A stretch of DNA of 64,000 nucleotides from Laetmonice hystrix (taxonomy: Eukaryota), in contig OZ249436.1 in assembly GCA_965235115.1 (NCBI GenBank), positions 46,006,001-46,070,000 on the forward strand, given 5' to 3'. The notes under the pieces were generated by a model. The model saw nothing but the letters and a program-made list of their open reading frames with translations. It was not told where the DNA came from and did not search any database. Each line of letters begins with the position of its first letter. The stretch's first letter is position 1. Shown piece after piece: positions 12,430 through 25,826 of this stretch. A program made the translations under genes and the position numbers.

Positions 12430-12517
12430 TCCTGCTACTAAAGCCCCTTTGTCTATACTACTACTTCAGCAGCCGGAGGCCCCAACCGTCGCGGGTCCAA
12501 GTGAACGGGACTTTATA

Positions 12518-12948
12518 ATGCCCCTGATCCACCGGTGGCGATTGGGCTTCGTGATGGGTTGGCGACATGTTCGTGACATCTTCGCGACAGCCCGAGCATC
12601 TAAAAATTGCTCGGCAATCGCGAAACACAATTTCGGTGGATCAGCTTTGGAGACGGATTGGTGACAGCTTCGCGACACACCTGGCTTTGTGACAGCTTCG
12701 CGACAGGTGTCGCCAATATCAAACAAGTTTGATATTCGCGACTGGCAACGGGCGAGGGTGTTGTTGTCGCAACCGGTGGATCAGGTATGTGATTTTCGTG
12801 ACACCTTGGCGCGTGCTTCGAGACAGCTTGGCGACTTACTGTTCATGTCGCCAAGCTGTCTCAACAAAATGACAACTACGGCTTCGCGATCGAGCATCTC
12901 CATCGCGAAGCTGTTACGAACGTATCGCCACCGGTGGATCAGGGCCAT
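12518..12948. mobile_element. Non-autonomous TIR element (MITE), superfamily uncertain
   Basis: About 25-bp TIR atgcccctgatccaccggtggcgat / atcgccaccggtggatcagggccat, with TA on both flanks. Internal short repeats (cttcgcga, gcgacag) and an extra internal accggtggatcagg near 12772. Confidence 0.75.
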
Positions 12949-13412
12949 TACCATTCCGTGCGACAACTGTTGAGTTCCCTAATTCATTTCGTAGGTCACT
13001 ATTGCATGTCAAATGTATAATTATGTATAGACATATTGGATTTTGAAGACCAAACCGAGTTCTTCCTGATAATACCTGGTAAACATAAATTCTGCAGATA
13101 GAAGGGGATTTTGCCAGAGCCCGAAAGTATCTTAAAGATAAAAATGTTTTCTGTCAAAACAGAAGTAATTTCTTTTAGACGGAATGGGTTCTGTTAAGAA
13201 CATAATTAGGATGTGGCAGCACCCTCACCAGACATTGTAAGTTGTTTTTTTTTTGATTGGATGACATCGACACTGGCTAGCAGATGTAAGCCAATCAAAC
13301 ATGCTGCATGCAGTTCTTCCTGGCGTCCAGTATTGATTATATCTAACCAAATTAGACCAATGTTTTAACTTTCTTTCAGCAGTGATGTCTACATTAAATT
13401 GTTTAAACTTAC

Positions 13413-13522
13413 TTGTTATAAAGCACGATGTCAGGTGTCCAGACTGTTGAGGGGGGAAGCCGTAAGTCCCTTAACCCGCCGTATTCGCTCGGGTCCCAGA
13501 TTAAATGCTCATCAAGCCAGCT
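13413..13522 (-). CDS. nAChR subunit exon (loop A), 110 nt; not in the ORF track
   Basis: Manual translation gives [36 protein letters not shown](N). Acceptor ttttttccag, donor GTAAGT. The 110-nt phase 0/2 exon is the conserved nAChR exon size and joins both neighbours in frame. Confidence 0.95.
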
Positions 13523-13838
13523 CTGGAAAAAATATTTATTGAAATTAAAATTGGATTATAGAATTAGGGATAATGAATTGGGTGCATTGGTTCAGGAATT
13601 AGATAAAGAATCAGCAGAAGACAGTGAGGGTTAAATTTCATGATGATGCAGACATTCGGGCAGAGAAAGGGACAAGCCATGCTAAAGTCACCTCTCAATC
13701 ACCCACCTCAATGTATGCAATGTCATAGCACAAAATTCGGACCATTCACACTCATGTACAGTGCGTATTTATGTGCACGGTCAAATTAGATTCTGTTCGA
13801 GTTGTTTATAGGATACACTGCGATAATTTACAGACTTG

Positions 13839-14906
13839 ACAGGGCGTACATCGCCATATTCCAATGTTGTGACATTGTTTTTAACTGGCATACTCAGTGC
13901 CGATTTACCAACTACACAGGGCGTGCACTGCCATATTCCAATGTTGTGACATTGTTTGTAACTGGCATACTCAGTGCCGAATTACCAACTACACAGGGCG
14001 TGCACTGTCATATTCCAATGTTGTGACATTGTTTTTATCTGACATACTCAGTGCCGAATTACCAACTACACAGGGCGTGCACTGCCATATTCCAATGTTG
14101 TGACATTGTTTTAACTGGCATACTCAGTGCCGAATTACCAACTACACAGGGCGTGCACTGCCATATTCCAATGTTGTGACATTGTTTTAACTGGCATACT
14201 CAGTGCCGAATTACCAACTACACAGGGCGTGCACTGCCATATTCCAATGTTGTGACATTGTTTGTAACTGGCATACTCAGTGCCGAATTACCAACTACAC
14301 AGGGCGTACACTGCCATATTCCAATGTTGTGACATTGTTTGTAACTGGCATACTCAGTGCCGAATTACCAACTACACAGGGCGTGCACTGCCATATTCCA
14401 ATGTTGTGACATTGTTTGTAACTGGCATACTCAGTGCCGAATTACCAACTACACAGGGCGTGCACTGCCATATTCCAATGTTGTGACATTGTTTTAACTG
14501 GCATACTCAGTGCCGAATTACCAACTACACAGGGCGTGCACTGCCATATTCCAATGTTGTGACATTGTTTGTAACTGGCATACTCAGTGCCGAATTACCA
14601 ACTACACAGGGCGTGCACTGCCATATTCCAATGTTGTGACATTGTTTTTAACTGGCATACTCAGTGCCGAATTACCAACTACACAGGGCGTGCACTGCCA
14701 TATTCCAATGTTGTGACATTATTTTTATCTGACATACTCAGTGCCGAATTACCAACTACACAGAGCGTGCACTGCCATATTCCAATGTTGTGACATTGTT
14801 TTTAACTGGCATACTCAGTGCCGAATTACCAACTACACAGGGCGTGCACTGCCATATTCCAATGTTGTGACATTGATTTCAACTGGCATACTCAGTGCCG
14901 AATTAC
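13839..14906. repeat. 76-77-bp minisatellite, about 14 copies
   Basis: Unit acagggcgtgcactgccatattccaatgttgtgacattgtttgtaactggcatactcagtgccgaattaccaactac, about 320 bp upstream of the loop-A exon acceptor. Confidence 0.97.
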
Positions 14907-15507
14907 ACCCGACTTCCCCGTCAATTGATCGCATTACATTTTGTTAGTTACTGCACTCCCCTGTAGAGGTCTCTCGGGTATATCTCGCTCCCTCTTCATT
15001 CTCCTTTCTGGTCATGTGACGTAGGAACCTACCCCCCCCCCCTACTGATTTAAATCGACATGCCTGTCCTGCTGGGGGTACGTGGGCATAAAGCGAAGTA
15101 CAGGTCCATAGCTACGTACTCCCCCCATCTTCAAAAATTCGCATGAACCCACCCTACAGTCCAGGCTCCCCCTAATTTGAAATCATGTATCATAAAATGT
15201 ATTTCGAATTCATTACAACAGAAAAAAACCTTCCTTTTTAGAATATGCCCCCTCTCTCTCCCATGGGAAAAATATCCGTTCTTCTTCTCCTTCTTCGCCT
15301 TCTTTTTCTTCTTGTTCACACTACCCACTCACCCCAAAAGAAGAAGAGCCAGACGACGGGCTAAGTACACGTATGTCATCCATTTAAACTTATTGACTTC
15401 AACTTGTTGTACTCGGAGAGAACTAGTCACATATTTCAGACAAAGCTCCCTGCACCCAGCGAACGCACAGAGCTTTACGAGAATAAGCCTACAGCTTACC
15501 GTGTCTG

Positions 15508-17782
15508 GGGGCCGTTGCATAAAATCCCACTAGTTATGCCATAACGAAGGTTAGCGGGGTCGCGTTTAGTGGGTCCCGTTAAGTTAGTGTGAAAAAGCGT
15601 TGCACAACACCACCTAACGGGATCCCACTAAACGCCAAACCCGTTAAATTCATTCCCCGTTAATCATGTTATGGGCCCCCGCACTATAGTGGGAACCCGT
15701 TATTAATTCCTGTAAATAAATGCGCGTGACACAACTGGAGTGAGACACCGAAGAAGAAGCCGAACACACGTGTTATCGCTCCCCGCCAGTGTCGTCTGCA
15801 AGGTAAGACAAATCATGGTATTTCCTAGTAATCTTATCCCTTTCGCGAAATCCATTGCTTGGGGAACTACTCACAAGTGTTGTACATAACAAACGTTAGA
15901 AACGGAATGCCCAATGCGTATAAGCCTACATGTCACGCGAACAAACATGTTATTTTGAAAATACCATTGCGTAGTGTTTACAAACAGTGCATGGCCGAGT
16001 GCAAGTGCACTGAGTGAACGACCGGTTGACAATGCCGGGCCTCGCAAATGACCAGTGGGCGTCAAATAACTGGATCGAAAAGTAAGATCAGGGGCGCCGA
16101 GAATTTTAAAGGGGGGCGAGATAAACTTCCCCCCCCCCCCAATGTGAAATTTACCAATGATACCAAAATCATCTCCGTTACATAGTCACCTCCATGACAG
16201 AACATTTTCTTGTGAGCATTTTGGACGTGCTCCCATATAATTAGCCTTAAGTAAAGAGTAAGAAAGGGCGAGAATATCTTTTGCCCCCCCCCCCCCAATG
16301 TGAAATTGTCCCACACAATAGATCTAATCTTAGGCTCATATCAGGTTTTAGAGTTGAACTGAACAGAATTAGAACTTTGTGTTCTGAAAAGTTTAGTTTA
16401 GGCCTATATCCATAGATTTACTTTTATCATGTTGAACCCCCCAAAGCTCTGTTCTGAATTTTTTATCAACTCTGTTACAACTAACTGCCGCTATCTTCGA
16501 GCTATATTGCTGTATATTAGAGGTAATTAAGGAACCAATCAAATGAAGAATCTTTCAACATATCTATATTTTAAACAAAAGTGAAGAAACAAATTATAGC
16601 TTTATTCATCCATCAGCTCCGTTACATCTATAAAAGCAGAAGTAACCATAGAAACTGATCAACACAAATGGCATGTGAAAGAGATCACATAGAATGTTTT
16701 TGAACCACATGTATTTCAATTTCATTGATACCAATGATACCAAAATCATCTCCGTTACATTGGCCTAGTAACCTCCATGACAAAATATTTTTTTGTGAGC
16801 ATTTTGGAAGTGCTCCCATATAATTAGCCGTAAGTAAAGAGTAAGAATAGTCGAAATTAATATTAAGCAAATACCAATAAATACATTTTTATGGATTTGA
16901 CACATCGACTTTGTGTTGCTTATTTGCAGTTGGAAAAAAGGTACAAAAACGTATAAAAGTGCGCTACTCGTTTCTGTTTTGGAGTCCTGACATATCTAGT
17001 TTTGTGATAAAAAAAAGACTCCAAGATGCAAAAATGTTTCCATGTCTGCAAATTGCAATTTGCTCCCAAGTTGAAGAATCGCCCATACGCCGCTCAGAAA
17101 ACCCCGCGTTCAGTGTATTTTAGATTGCCGCCCGCGCCCTATATGTTTCGCCCTTTAGACATGTGGAAATGTATCTATACTTTTTTTATCAAGTACGATA
17201 TCTTTTCTCTTTGCGGATTTCAGAGTCAGGCACACATTTTCCGGGGCGTTGTCACAGGTGAACTCACATGGAGGACACGGCTGCAATACTACAAGTCGCA
17301 CAATGGTCCATCCGTACCCACTACACATACATGGACGCCAATATACGATATGTTTACTAATGGTCAATAAATGATTGTTTATTACTTATTTCATACTTAT
17401 GTTTTATCTTACCCCGAGTCACCCAATATAACCCTAGCGCCGCCACTGATATCACGAATTAAATGGTTAGATCAATATACATATTACGACGCCCCAATGA
17501 TTACGATGACCTCATGCAGATACCCAAAAAAACATGTCAGCATTTTGCGGGATTCCCGTTAGTGTTAACCTGCACCTCCCGAGGTACAGGTTAAAAACAT
17601 CTCAAAATAGCCCGCGAGGAGCGGTTAACGGGTGCCGGGTCACGCTCGACTGTGCACTTTGCAACACTTGATCACTAGCGGGGATTCCCACTGAGGTCTC
17701 TGCAACACTTTGGCCCGCTAGGGTACCCGTTAGACACTTAACGGGAACCCGTACACATAGCGGCTTTTTATGCAACGGCCCC
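15508..17782. mobile_element. 2.3-kb non-autonomous TIR element with CTG target-site duplication (PIF/Harbinger-ISL2EU 'PHIS' group, NuwaI-like); probably carries nested insertions
   Basis: TIR ggggccgttgcataaaa / ttttatgcaacggcccc, with ctg at 15505-15507 and 17783-17785. Subterminal ccgtta/taacgg motifs at both ends. Internal ~115-bp direct repeat (16152-16265 vs ~16730-16848). No transposase ORF seen. Confidence 0.75.
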
Positions 17783-18351
17783 CTGGACGGTGTTATGGTT
17801 TCTTTGAACACAGCCTGAGTGACCGGACAACACAAGGATTCCGTCGAGTATCCGAACAGGGAGACGGAAGGACTGGGTTCGAACCCATCCCTGTAATCGG
17901 GTTATTGATGCCGAGGTCTGGGGTCGGGGTGGGGGAGGGTAATGAACCGTGACCATTGATCCCCTTCTGCCGGGTAAACACCCCCACCCCCGGTAATTTA
18001 CGGGTAATTAAACTCAAGTGGTTGATAGGATAATAATAATCGTCCTGTAGATTAATTATCAACCAAGTCGTTACGATAATAAGTGCCGTCATTCTGCGTG
18101 CTAATGATATAATCACACTGGGGCGGAGGAACTGATGAGGTCACCTACAAGGAGATTGACAGGTGCCAATCATAATGATGGATGGGGCACCTTTATCGTA
18201 ATGCAATTAGTCACAGACTTTTTAAGGATAAGCCTGACTGATAAAAGTAAGTTTTAAACCTAAAAACACCAACTTTTTCCGCGCAACTTTAGCACCGTTT
18301 TATTTTTATCTCAGCAATACGTGTTATAATCTCAAACCGATTTACTCATTT

Positions 18352-18604
18352 CAGGGGCGGATCCAGCAAGAGGGGAGGGGTGCTATGGAAAAAAAGGGCC
18401 CTTTCACAAACCCCCCCCCCCCCCTCCACACACACACATTTCAACGAATGGGGCATAATATCCCAAAGACAGGCAGTGGAGGTTATTGCAGAAAATCTAT
18501 ATACTTTTGTTTTTAAATGTTTCGTGAAAATCCAGAAAAAAAGGCACTCGGGTGGGGAGGGGGTGCCCACCCCTGCACACCCCCCCCCCCCGAATCCGCC
18601 ACTG
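18352..18604. mobile_element. CAG-ended MITE with 5-bp TSD (cattt), hAT-like
   Basis: caggggcggatcc ... gaatccgccactg, with cattt on both flanks. Confidence 0.72.
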
Positions 18605-19438
18605 CATTTTATCCTTACAAAAATCAGGAACGTTTGGTGAAGTTAATCGTGAGAACGGCTTCGTCAAATGTCAAGTTTTAAAAATAGTAAGGCTAACTTC
18701 AGTCTCCTCAACACAGCGAGTTTAAAGGCTCCAAACTTTTGATTCTGTAGCATCTTGGAATGCGTAGTTAATCTACTGAATGCAGTCATGATCTCTGGAA
18801 TAACTGCTCGCGGTCAGCCGAATGTCACCTTGAACAGCGAGTTCTTTCATCGTTAATGGATCAACCTTTTTATCACTTCATTTTCCCACGCGATCTATGA
18901 TATTATCCCTGGTATACAACCCTCTAGCGCATCCAGCGGCAGTCTGATCACACAGGTAGCGACGCGAACAGATCCCAAACCGCGTCAAATCGTCCATAAA
19001 TTGACCATACATTGACCCATCGGGACGGACAGCGACCTCTGGGGACAAGTGTCTGGAATACAAGAACGGATCACGAACAAAGGTCGTCAATCACGCCAGC
19101 CCTAACATCCCAAGTGGCCCAAGGATTTCATCGGAAGATGAATGCTGGTTTATAAACTGTTTAAAGATTTAAAGTAAGCCAACAGCTGTGGACTGCACCC
19201 CTTCCTGAAGCAATACACGTCTTGGACTGGATACATGGATCCCCGTCAGTGTAAACTTACAGGGCGATCTATAAAGTCAGGCGGCGCTTTACAAAAGAAA
19301 GGTCGCCATACTCTTTGCTCTTCTTTCGTCCTGTCTTTCGGGGAAGGTAGTATCGCACAAAGGCTTTAGCACATTAAATAGATATGTTTCAATCATGCGA
19401 GGTGCCCAGTATCCCTCAGTAGAACATTTAAAATTCAG

Positions 19439-19577
19439 CAAAGAAGAAGAAGAAGAAGAAGAAGAAGAAGAAGAAGAAGAAGAAGAAGAAGAAGAAGGAG
19501 AAGGAGAAGGAGAAGGAGAGGAAGAATGAGGAGGAGAAGGACCAGGACCAGGACCAAGAGCAAGAGCAAGAGCAGGA
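19439..19577. repeat. (GAA)n and derived purine-rich microsatellite
   Basis: About 18 GAA units followed by (GGAGAA), (GGACCA) and (GAGCAA) units. Confidence 0.93.
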
Positions 19578-20180
19578 AACGGAAGCAGATGCTCTTGCTG
19601 TTTTACTGGCTCTTCATGGCCCGTTAAAATGTCGCCTAAATCGAGAATGTGGCGGGGCCAGCAGGGCCTGCGATCGATGGTCAGTGGCGATCGTATAGTT
19701 CAGAACTGGGATTGTCAGTGGATAGATCGGTATTGGGCATTATCGTCGGCCGATTTTCCCCCATTTCCTTTGTTTCTCTTGTTTCTGACGTGTATCTACC
19801 GGAAGGAATTCCCTGTATATGTCATTGTTCTACATGAACAACCAGAGATTCTACAGTTCATCCCGGTTTTGATTTCGATTTTTTTAACCGAGCTCGGTTT
19901 GCGATATTGCACTCGGCCGTATACGTAATGGATCGCTTTCATAATATCAGACTGTAAGAGCCCATAAAGTCTAGAGTCCTGCACGAATAATGAGCCATCC
20001 TATATTACAACCATAAATCATAAATTCGCTACAACGCTGAGATATAATTGATCCATTAAAATGTCCTCCCTGGGAAGAATTGGAGGACATGTAGTAGGGG
20101 GGGGCCGAGGCACATCGCTCGGACTATCAAACTATCTATCTGGGTGGGTGGGGTTGGTATGTGATACACCCATGTGTTAA

Positions 20181-20387
20181 AGGGATGGAAAACACACACG
20201 ACAAATAAGGTTTCGTAGACCAAACGAAACACCAGCATTTACCTCAGGGCAATAAATGCCACAAAATTACGTTGTCTGAATGAAGTTCATTCCGATAACG
20301 TAATTGTGGCATTTATTGCCCTGAGGTAAATGCTGATGTTCCCTTTGGTCTACGAAACCTTATTTGCCGTGTGTGTTTACCCTCCCT
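20181..20387. mobile_element. Palindromic (fold-back) TTAA-flanked MITE, Kolobok-like
   Basis: Almost the whole 207 bp is an inverted repeat (aaataaggtttcgtagaccaaa..cagcatttacctcagggcaataaatgccacaa / reverse complement), centred near 20285. Termini AG...CT, TTAA on both sides. Confidence 0.82.
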
Positions 20388-23300
20388 TTAATGTCTCAAA
20401 GAAAAGCTTATATTTTACTGAATAGTGTCACTTTTATGATGATGATTTGGTCCCTGTGGTGAGACAGGCGAGGGTAGATGGGGTGTGTGTGCGGGGGAGA
20501 TACCCTGCTTTGTGCAATTACTTTTCTATTATGTTTTGTTACATTATTTTGGTCAGTGAACTGTATTCAAACTTGGGCTGACGGGTCTATGAATGTAAAA
20601 TCGGATCCAGAAGGGTTCGCTTATTTTCTTATCGGGGCATATCGGCAACGTGTGGCCGCTATGGTCTCTCTCTGGGGACATTGCGGGTTGGCGCCTGGAA
20701 GGATACACAACTCTTCTCTTAACTCTCCCCAACCCATAGACCTCCAACCACACGCGTACGGGAAAAAAGTGGTGCTACTTGACGATAAGAGTAGGGGGTT
20801 GTCCCGGGGTACGGGTTTCAAAATCTTTATGATCATTACTGGACAGAATGATTATCACTAGACAGAAATGAAAAAAAAAATCGTTTCCATCCTGAAAATG
20901 GTCAACAGAACTTTGCCGACAGGACTTAACCCACCAGCCCACCGCCATGCGACCTTTGAACCGCCCCTGGCCCTTGACCCCTGACATCTCCGCCAATCTC
21001 ACTGCATCGCTAGGATGTTAAAACTACCGATGTGTTACACAACCTCGCCGCGTGTTGGCGCCACTGGTTCTCTCGTCCGCGGCGTGGCAGCGCGAGACTT
21101 GGTAACGAACCACGACAGGTGTGGCGGCACGATGGGCAGTCCCTTTGATGTAGTGTGGCGACCGGTGGGCCCTGTCTTCTATAAGGTCATTCTCACCTCG
21201 CACATCCACACAACTTCTTCACAGGTCGGGGGGGGGGGGGGGTAGCGCCAACAAACACTCAGGCAAAGAAAAAAAGGGGAAATCGATGACATATTTCACT
21301 GTTTAATAAAATGAATAATATGCGAAACTTGATAATTTCCTCATCACTTTCTTGTCGATTTATCATCAATGTCATGTTTTAATCAGTAATTGCCACCAGA
21401 CAGGGCCTTATCTTGGTCTTTATAGGCGGTACAGTCGAGAGTGATGAACGGCGCGACTGGAGTTTCTAGGACAAGCTCTCGTCTGACGTTAACGAGGGGC
21501 GCGGGAATTATCACCGATTCCAACGGGGTGTGTTTACAGTCGGAATGTCTGGAGACTTGTAACGAATCGACGAAGTGCATGGCCGGTCTACATAATTATC
21601 TCTATTAATGACAACTCCCTGACAGGGCAAATAATAGAGGTAGACCCACACGACCGGAGGTGAGGTGGTAATGACAGTAAGGATCTTTACATCAGTTACT
21701 GGCATCATTTTATTGGCAACCCTTCACGTTAACGAGGTATAATAGAAACGCAAACATGTTTTTAAAAACAAATTGAATTATCATTCCTGGATGGCCCTGA
21801 TCTCCTGCCAGAGGTCTCAAATATATTCTGACGTCCCAAGGACCGGATGCAGCACTCGGGAGAAACACTGGGGGGGGGGGGGTTCACTGCGATTTTGGGT
21901 CTATTTGCTAAGCCTATTTTCTTGACGGCCTAGGGGGATGTGCCCTGTAGAACTCTTGGATCCACGCCTACGTTGTAAGCCCCACGGCCGCAGTGCCAGT
22001 GCAGCCAGTGAGGCTTACAACCACTCAATGTTAAAAACTGGTGTGTCCTGGGCACCTTCAGACAATCCAGTGACCGGCATCCATTTATCACAGGCGGAGT
22101 CTTCCCTGGGTGGTCACACAAGTATTTCTAATGGTAAAACATCAAATTTGTAAAGTGTCGTGAACAGGTCGTCTGCCATGGCTTTCACTTCCTGTTGCAT
22201 GCCCGGGAGGTGTTCGTAATTCAGTCTGGGAAGCCTAGAGGCCAGTATAGCCAACCAGGGCGTGCGTTCATGAAAACTAACTTCTCCCTAGTGACCTTGA
22301 CCTTGAGGCCCAATGGCCGTTATAACCAGAGAACGAAACTTATCAGTTTAAGACTTTGTGCTGACATGATTATGTCGCATCGTGATTTCCAAGCTTGGAA
22401 ATAAGTTAGATAAGTTACTTGAAGCATGTTTAACAATATTTATTCCAGATATATGAACGGGGAGAGATTTGACTATAGTGGCTTGAGGATTTGTTCGGGT
22501 ACACCTGGAATTTACACACAGTGACGTTCGTCTACCAACATCTCAGAAAATGTAAGCCCACTATGCAGCCGCCTTGCAGCGTGTCATCTATACATTACAA
22601 GCAACTTGTGTAGAGGCAAACCCCCGGCCCCCTAAAGTGATACAATCAGCGATCCCGCCCGTAAAACATACGCAGTAATCTAGGAAAACTACCGGATAAA
22701 AACGATCATAGTCATAATCACTGAAGCTAGAATTCCCATTATACAATCATGGTAAATAAGAGGGCTCATGTCCCGTGTCTAATAACCTGTCAGGCAGCTC
22801 ACTATGCAAGGATGGCAATTCTGTATTTATCGTAGTTATTTTTCACTTTTGTCATGACTTGTACGAATGCAAAAATATATAAAGGCCTTTATTCATACTC
22901 TAACACTGACAGCCCAATCTAATAAGAACCAAAACATATATTGCTACAAAATGTGCTTGTTCATTGGGTCGGGGGCCAGGTGACGAGATTTATTGAAATA
23001 CAGGGCATCCACAATCTTGGAGAGGACGGCAATTTTAGTTCGTTTAACCTCATATAGCATCGTATCAAATTGAGTAGGCGGTATGTATGCGGTTCTAGCG
23101 GTAGGAATACGATGAGAAACTGATGTATATCTCAGTGTATCTCTCTCCTGGTCTGTCGACCAAGCCTGATCGCGATTTCACGACACATATGTGCTCCCCT
23201 ACAGGGACTACCAAAAAAAACAATATTACCCTTTGATCATAATGCCATCCACCCGAAGGCCTGGCTTTTTTCTTCAGTCATTTGACGCGTATTTGACACA

Positions 23301-24129
23301 TTGACTTGAAGCGCCTGCCAACAGCCAGCTCCTGTTCCTTCCTGATTTATGGGGGAATTGTCGACATTACTTTGTACCCCTGCTGGCGAGTAGCCATCCA
23401 ATCCACGCCCTTTTTGCTGACTGCCCCAGAAATGTGTTTCTATGGGAATCGTCAACCTGGCCGGTTATGGCACACAATGTCTGCGGCAGAGGGCTGTCAC
23501 AAACATCTGGATATCGGCTCATCAAACAGTGCCACACCGAACCTAATAAGGGTCGAATTGTATGGCAGTCTGTCACACAACTGCTGACTTGCCACCCACA
23601 AATTAAGAGGCCATCAGCATTGTATCATATTCTATCATCAACACACTACCTTTCAGTTCTAACATCCAACAGCTGGGATAAACTGCGCAGGTTAATATGT
23701 CATACTTTGTCGATGAAGCAGATGCCATCATCTGACTCTATCCACATCCCCTCCACCCCCACCCGCACACTGGCGCCAACGGTGGAGCTAGTAAAGGCGT
23801 CGGAATTTGAAAAAAATCCTTTTCCGGTATTTTCTGTTGAGGTGGGTACTCCCCCTTGACCCGAGCCACCACACACACTAACATCAGAGAATGTCATATA
23901 AAACTGTGACTTTGTGGGAAGTAGGCTGTGCTGTGTTCATTGCTCCCGTTAGATCATATCATATATCGGGGTCCTGTACTCAAAGACCATCAACGACACA
24001 CCAACGTAACGACAGGTGGATGGATGACCATGGATGACCGCTGATAGACTACGGACACACATTTATGAACAAAGATGGCAGAGATACGCCAGGCGCGACG
24101 TGACCGATTTGTGATAGAATTGCACAGTT

Positions 24130-24302
24130 CAGGGGTGTAGCCAGGGGGGCCGAAGGGGGCCTCGGCACCTCCCCCACCACCACCCAGGCTTACACCAGTA
24201 AAGATTGAATTTTTAATGATGAAACGACACATGTGCGCAGTTTCAGCTCGTCGCGGATCTCAGCCCCCCCCCCCCCCTCAGAAAATCCTGGCTACACCCC
24301 TG
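24130..24302. mobile_element. CAG-ended MITE with 5-bp TSD (cagtt), hAT-like
   Basis: Perfect 16-bp TIR caggggtgtagccagg / cctggctacacccctg, with cagtt on both flanks. Confidence 0.8.
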
Positions 24303-24865
24303 CAGTTATAGTAGACATATTCCTGCATGGTGCACAAAGTAATCAACTTATGAAATATCCGGGTTCGTAATTAAGAGCTCGAGCCTGCTACACTGCACTG
24401 ACACTACGCTGATACTGCTGTTCATCGTGAAGGGCCCAGGTATCATTCCGTACTGTCGTCTCCACGTAACATGTCACTCCTCCGTCATATTACTGACGAT
24501 TAGTTCCCAGCCCACACACTGCAGCTGTTTTAACTCCATAGCTCAGCAGAAACCCCACGGGGGTTTCAGAACCAGACACGCCATTAGCTCATAGGACACA
24601 GTCAAACCGATTAGATTTCGTTCTCATATTCGCCGTAGATACATTCCTAAATTTTCATGTTGACTCGTAATAACCCAAGTTCCATTTAATATATTTTTGG
24701 ACATTGTGACCTTAAACAGGACCTTTTGCCCTTTGCCCATTGTGACCTTTTGCCGAAGGTTAGGATTCAAAGTGGGGTTACAATCAGAGATCTGACATAA
24801 AGTTGTGGAAAATCTCTGTTACAATCCTGGATTCCTCTAGATCCAGTGAGTGTGGAAAGTATGCC

Positions 24866-25826
24866 TGGTTGTAATCTAGACTATGGTCGTGACGGTTAGA
24901 CAGCCGTTCCCCTGGATCCAGCCTACCAGGTTCTAATCTAGACTATGGTCGTGACGGTTAGACAGCCGTTCCCCTGGATCCAGTCTACCAGGTTCATATC
25001 TAGACTATGGTCCTGACGGTTAGACAGCCGTTCCCCTGGATCCAGTCTACCAGGTTCTAATCTAGACTATGGTCCTGACGGTTAGACAGCCGTTCCCCTG
25101 GATCCGGTCTATCAGGTTCTAATCTAGACTATGGTCGTGACGGTTAGACAGCTGTTCCCCTGGATCCATTCTACCAGGTTCTAATCTAGACTATGGTCGT
25201 GACGGTTAGACAGCCGTTCCCCTGGATCCAGTCTACCAGGTTCTAATCTAGACTATGGTCGTGACGGTTAGACAGCCGTTCCCCTGGATCCGGTCTATCA
25301 GGTTCTAATCTAGACTATGGTCCTGACGGTTAGACAGCCGTTCCCCTGGATCCGGTCTATCAGGTTCTAATCTAGACTATGGTCCTGACGGTTAGACAGC
25401 CGTTCCCCTGGATCCGGTCTATCAGGTTCTAATCTAGACTATGGTCGTGACGGTCAGACAGCTCTTCCCCTGGATCCATTCTACCAGGTTCTAATCTAGA
25501 CTATGGTCGTGACGGTTAGACAGCTGTTCCCCTGGATCCAGCCTACCAGGTTCTAATCTAGACTATGGTCGTGACGGTTAGACAGCCGTTCCCCTGGATC
25601 CAGTCTACCAGGTTCTAATCTAGACTATGGTCGTGACGGTTAGACAGCCGTTCCCCTGGATCCAGTCTACCAGGTTCTAATCTAGACTATGGTCGTGACG
25701 GTTAGACAGCCGTTCCCCTGGATCCAGTCTACCAGGTTCATATCTAGACTATGGTCCTGACGGTTAGACAGCCGTTCCCCTGGATCCAGCCTATCAGGTT
25801 CTAATCTAGACTATGGTCCTGATGGT
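24866..25826. repeat. 62-bp minisatellite, about 15 copies
   Basis: Unit ttctaatctagactatggtcgtgacggttagacagccgttcccctggatccagtctaccagg. Confidence 0.97.

Noticed and set aside
17860..17900. GGTTCGAACCC B-box suggesting a tRNA or SINE
   Set aside because: No cloverleaf or A-box at proper spacing could be built. At most it is a decayed SINE fragment.
23237..23859. Overlapping ORFs (also 1855-2410, 18878-19090, 41602-42012) as genes or transposase/RT remnants
   Set aside because: They are short, have no recognisable domain motifs, and show no consistent exon structure.
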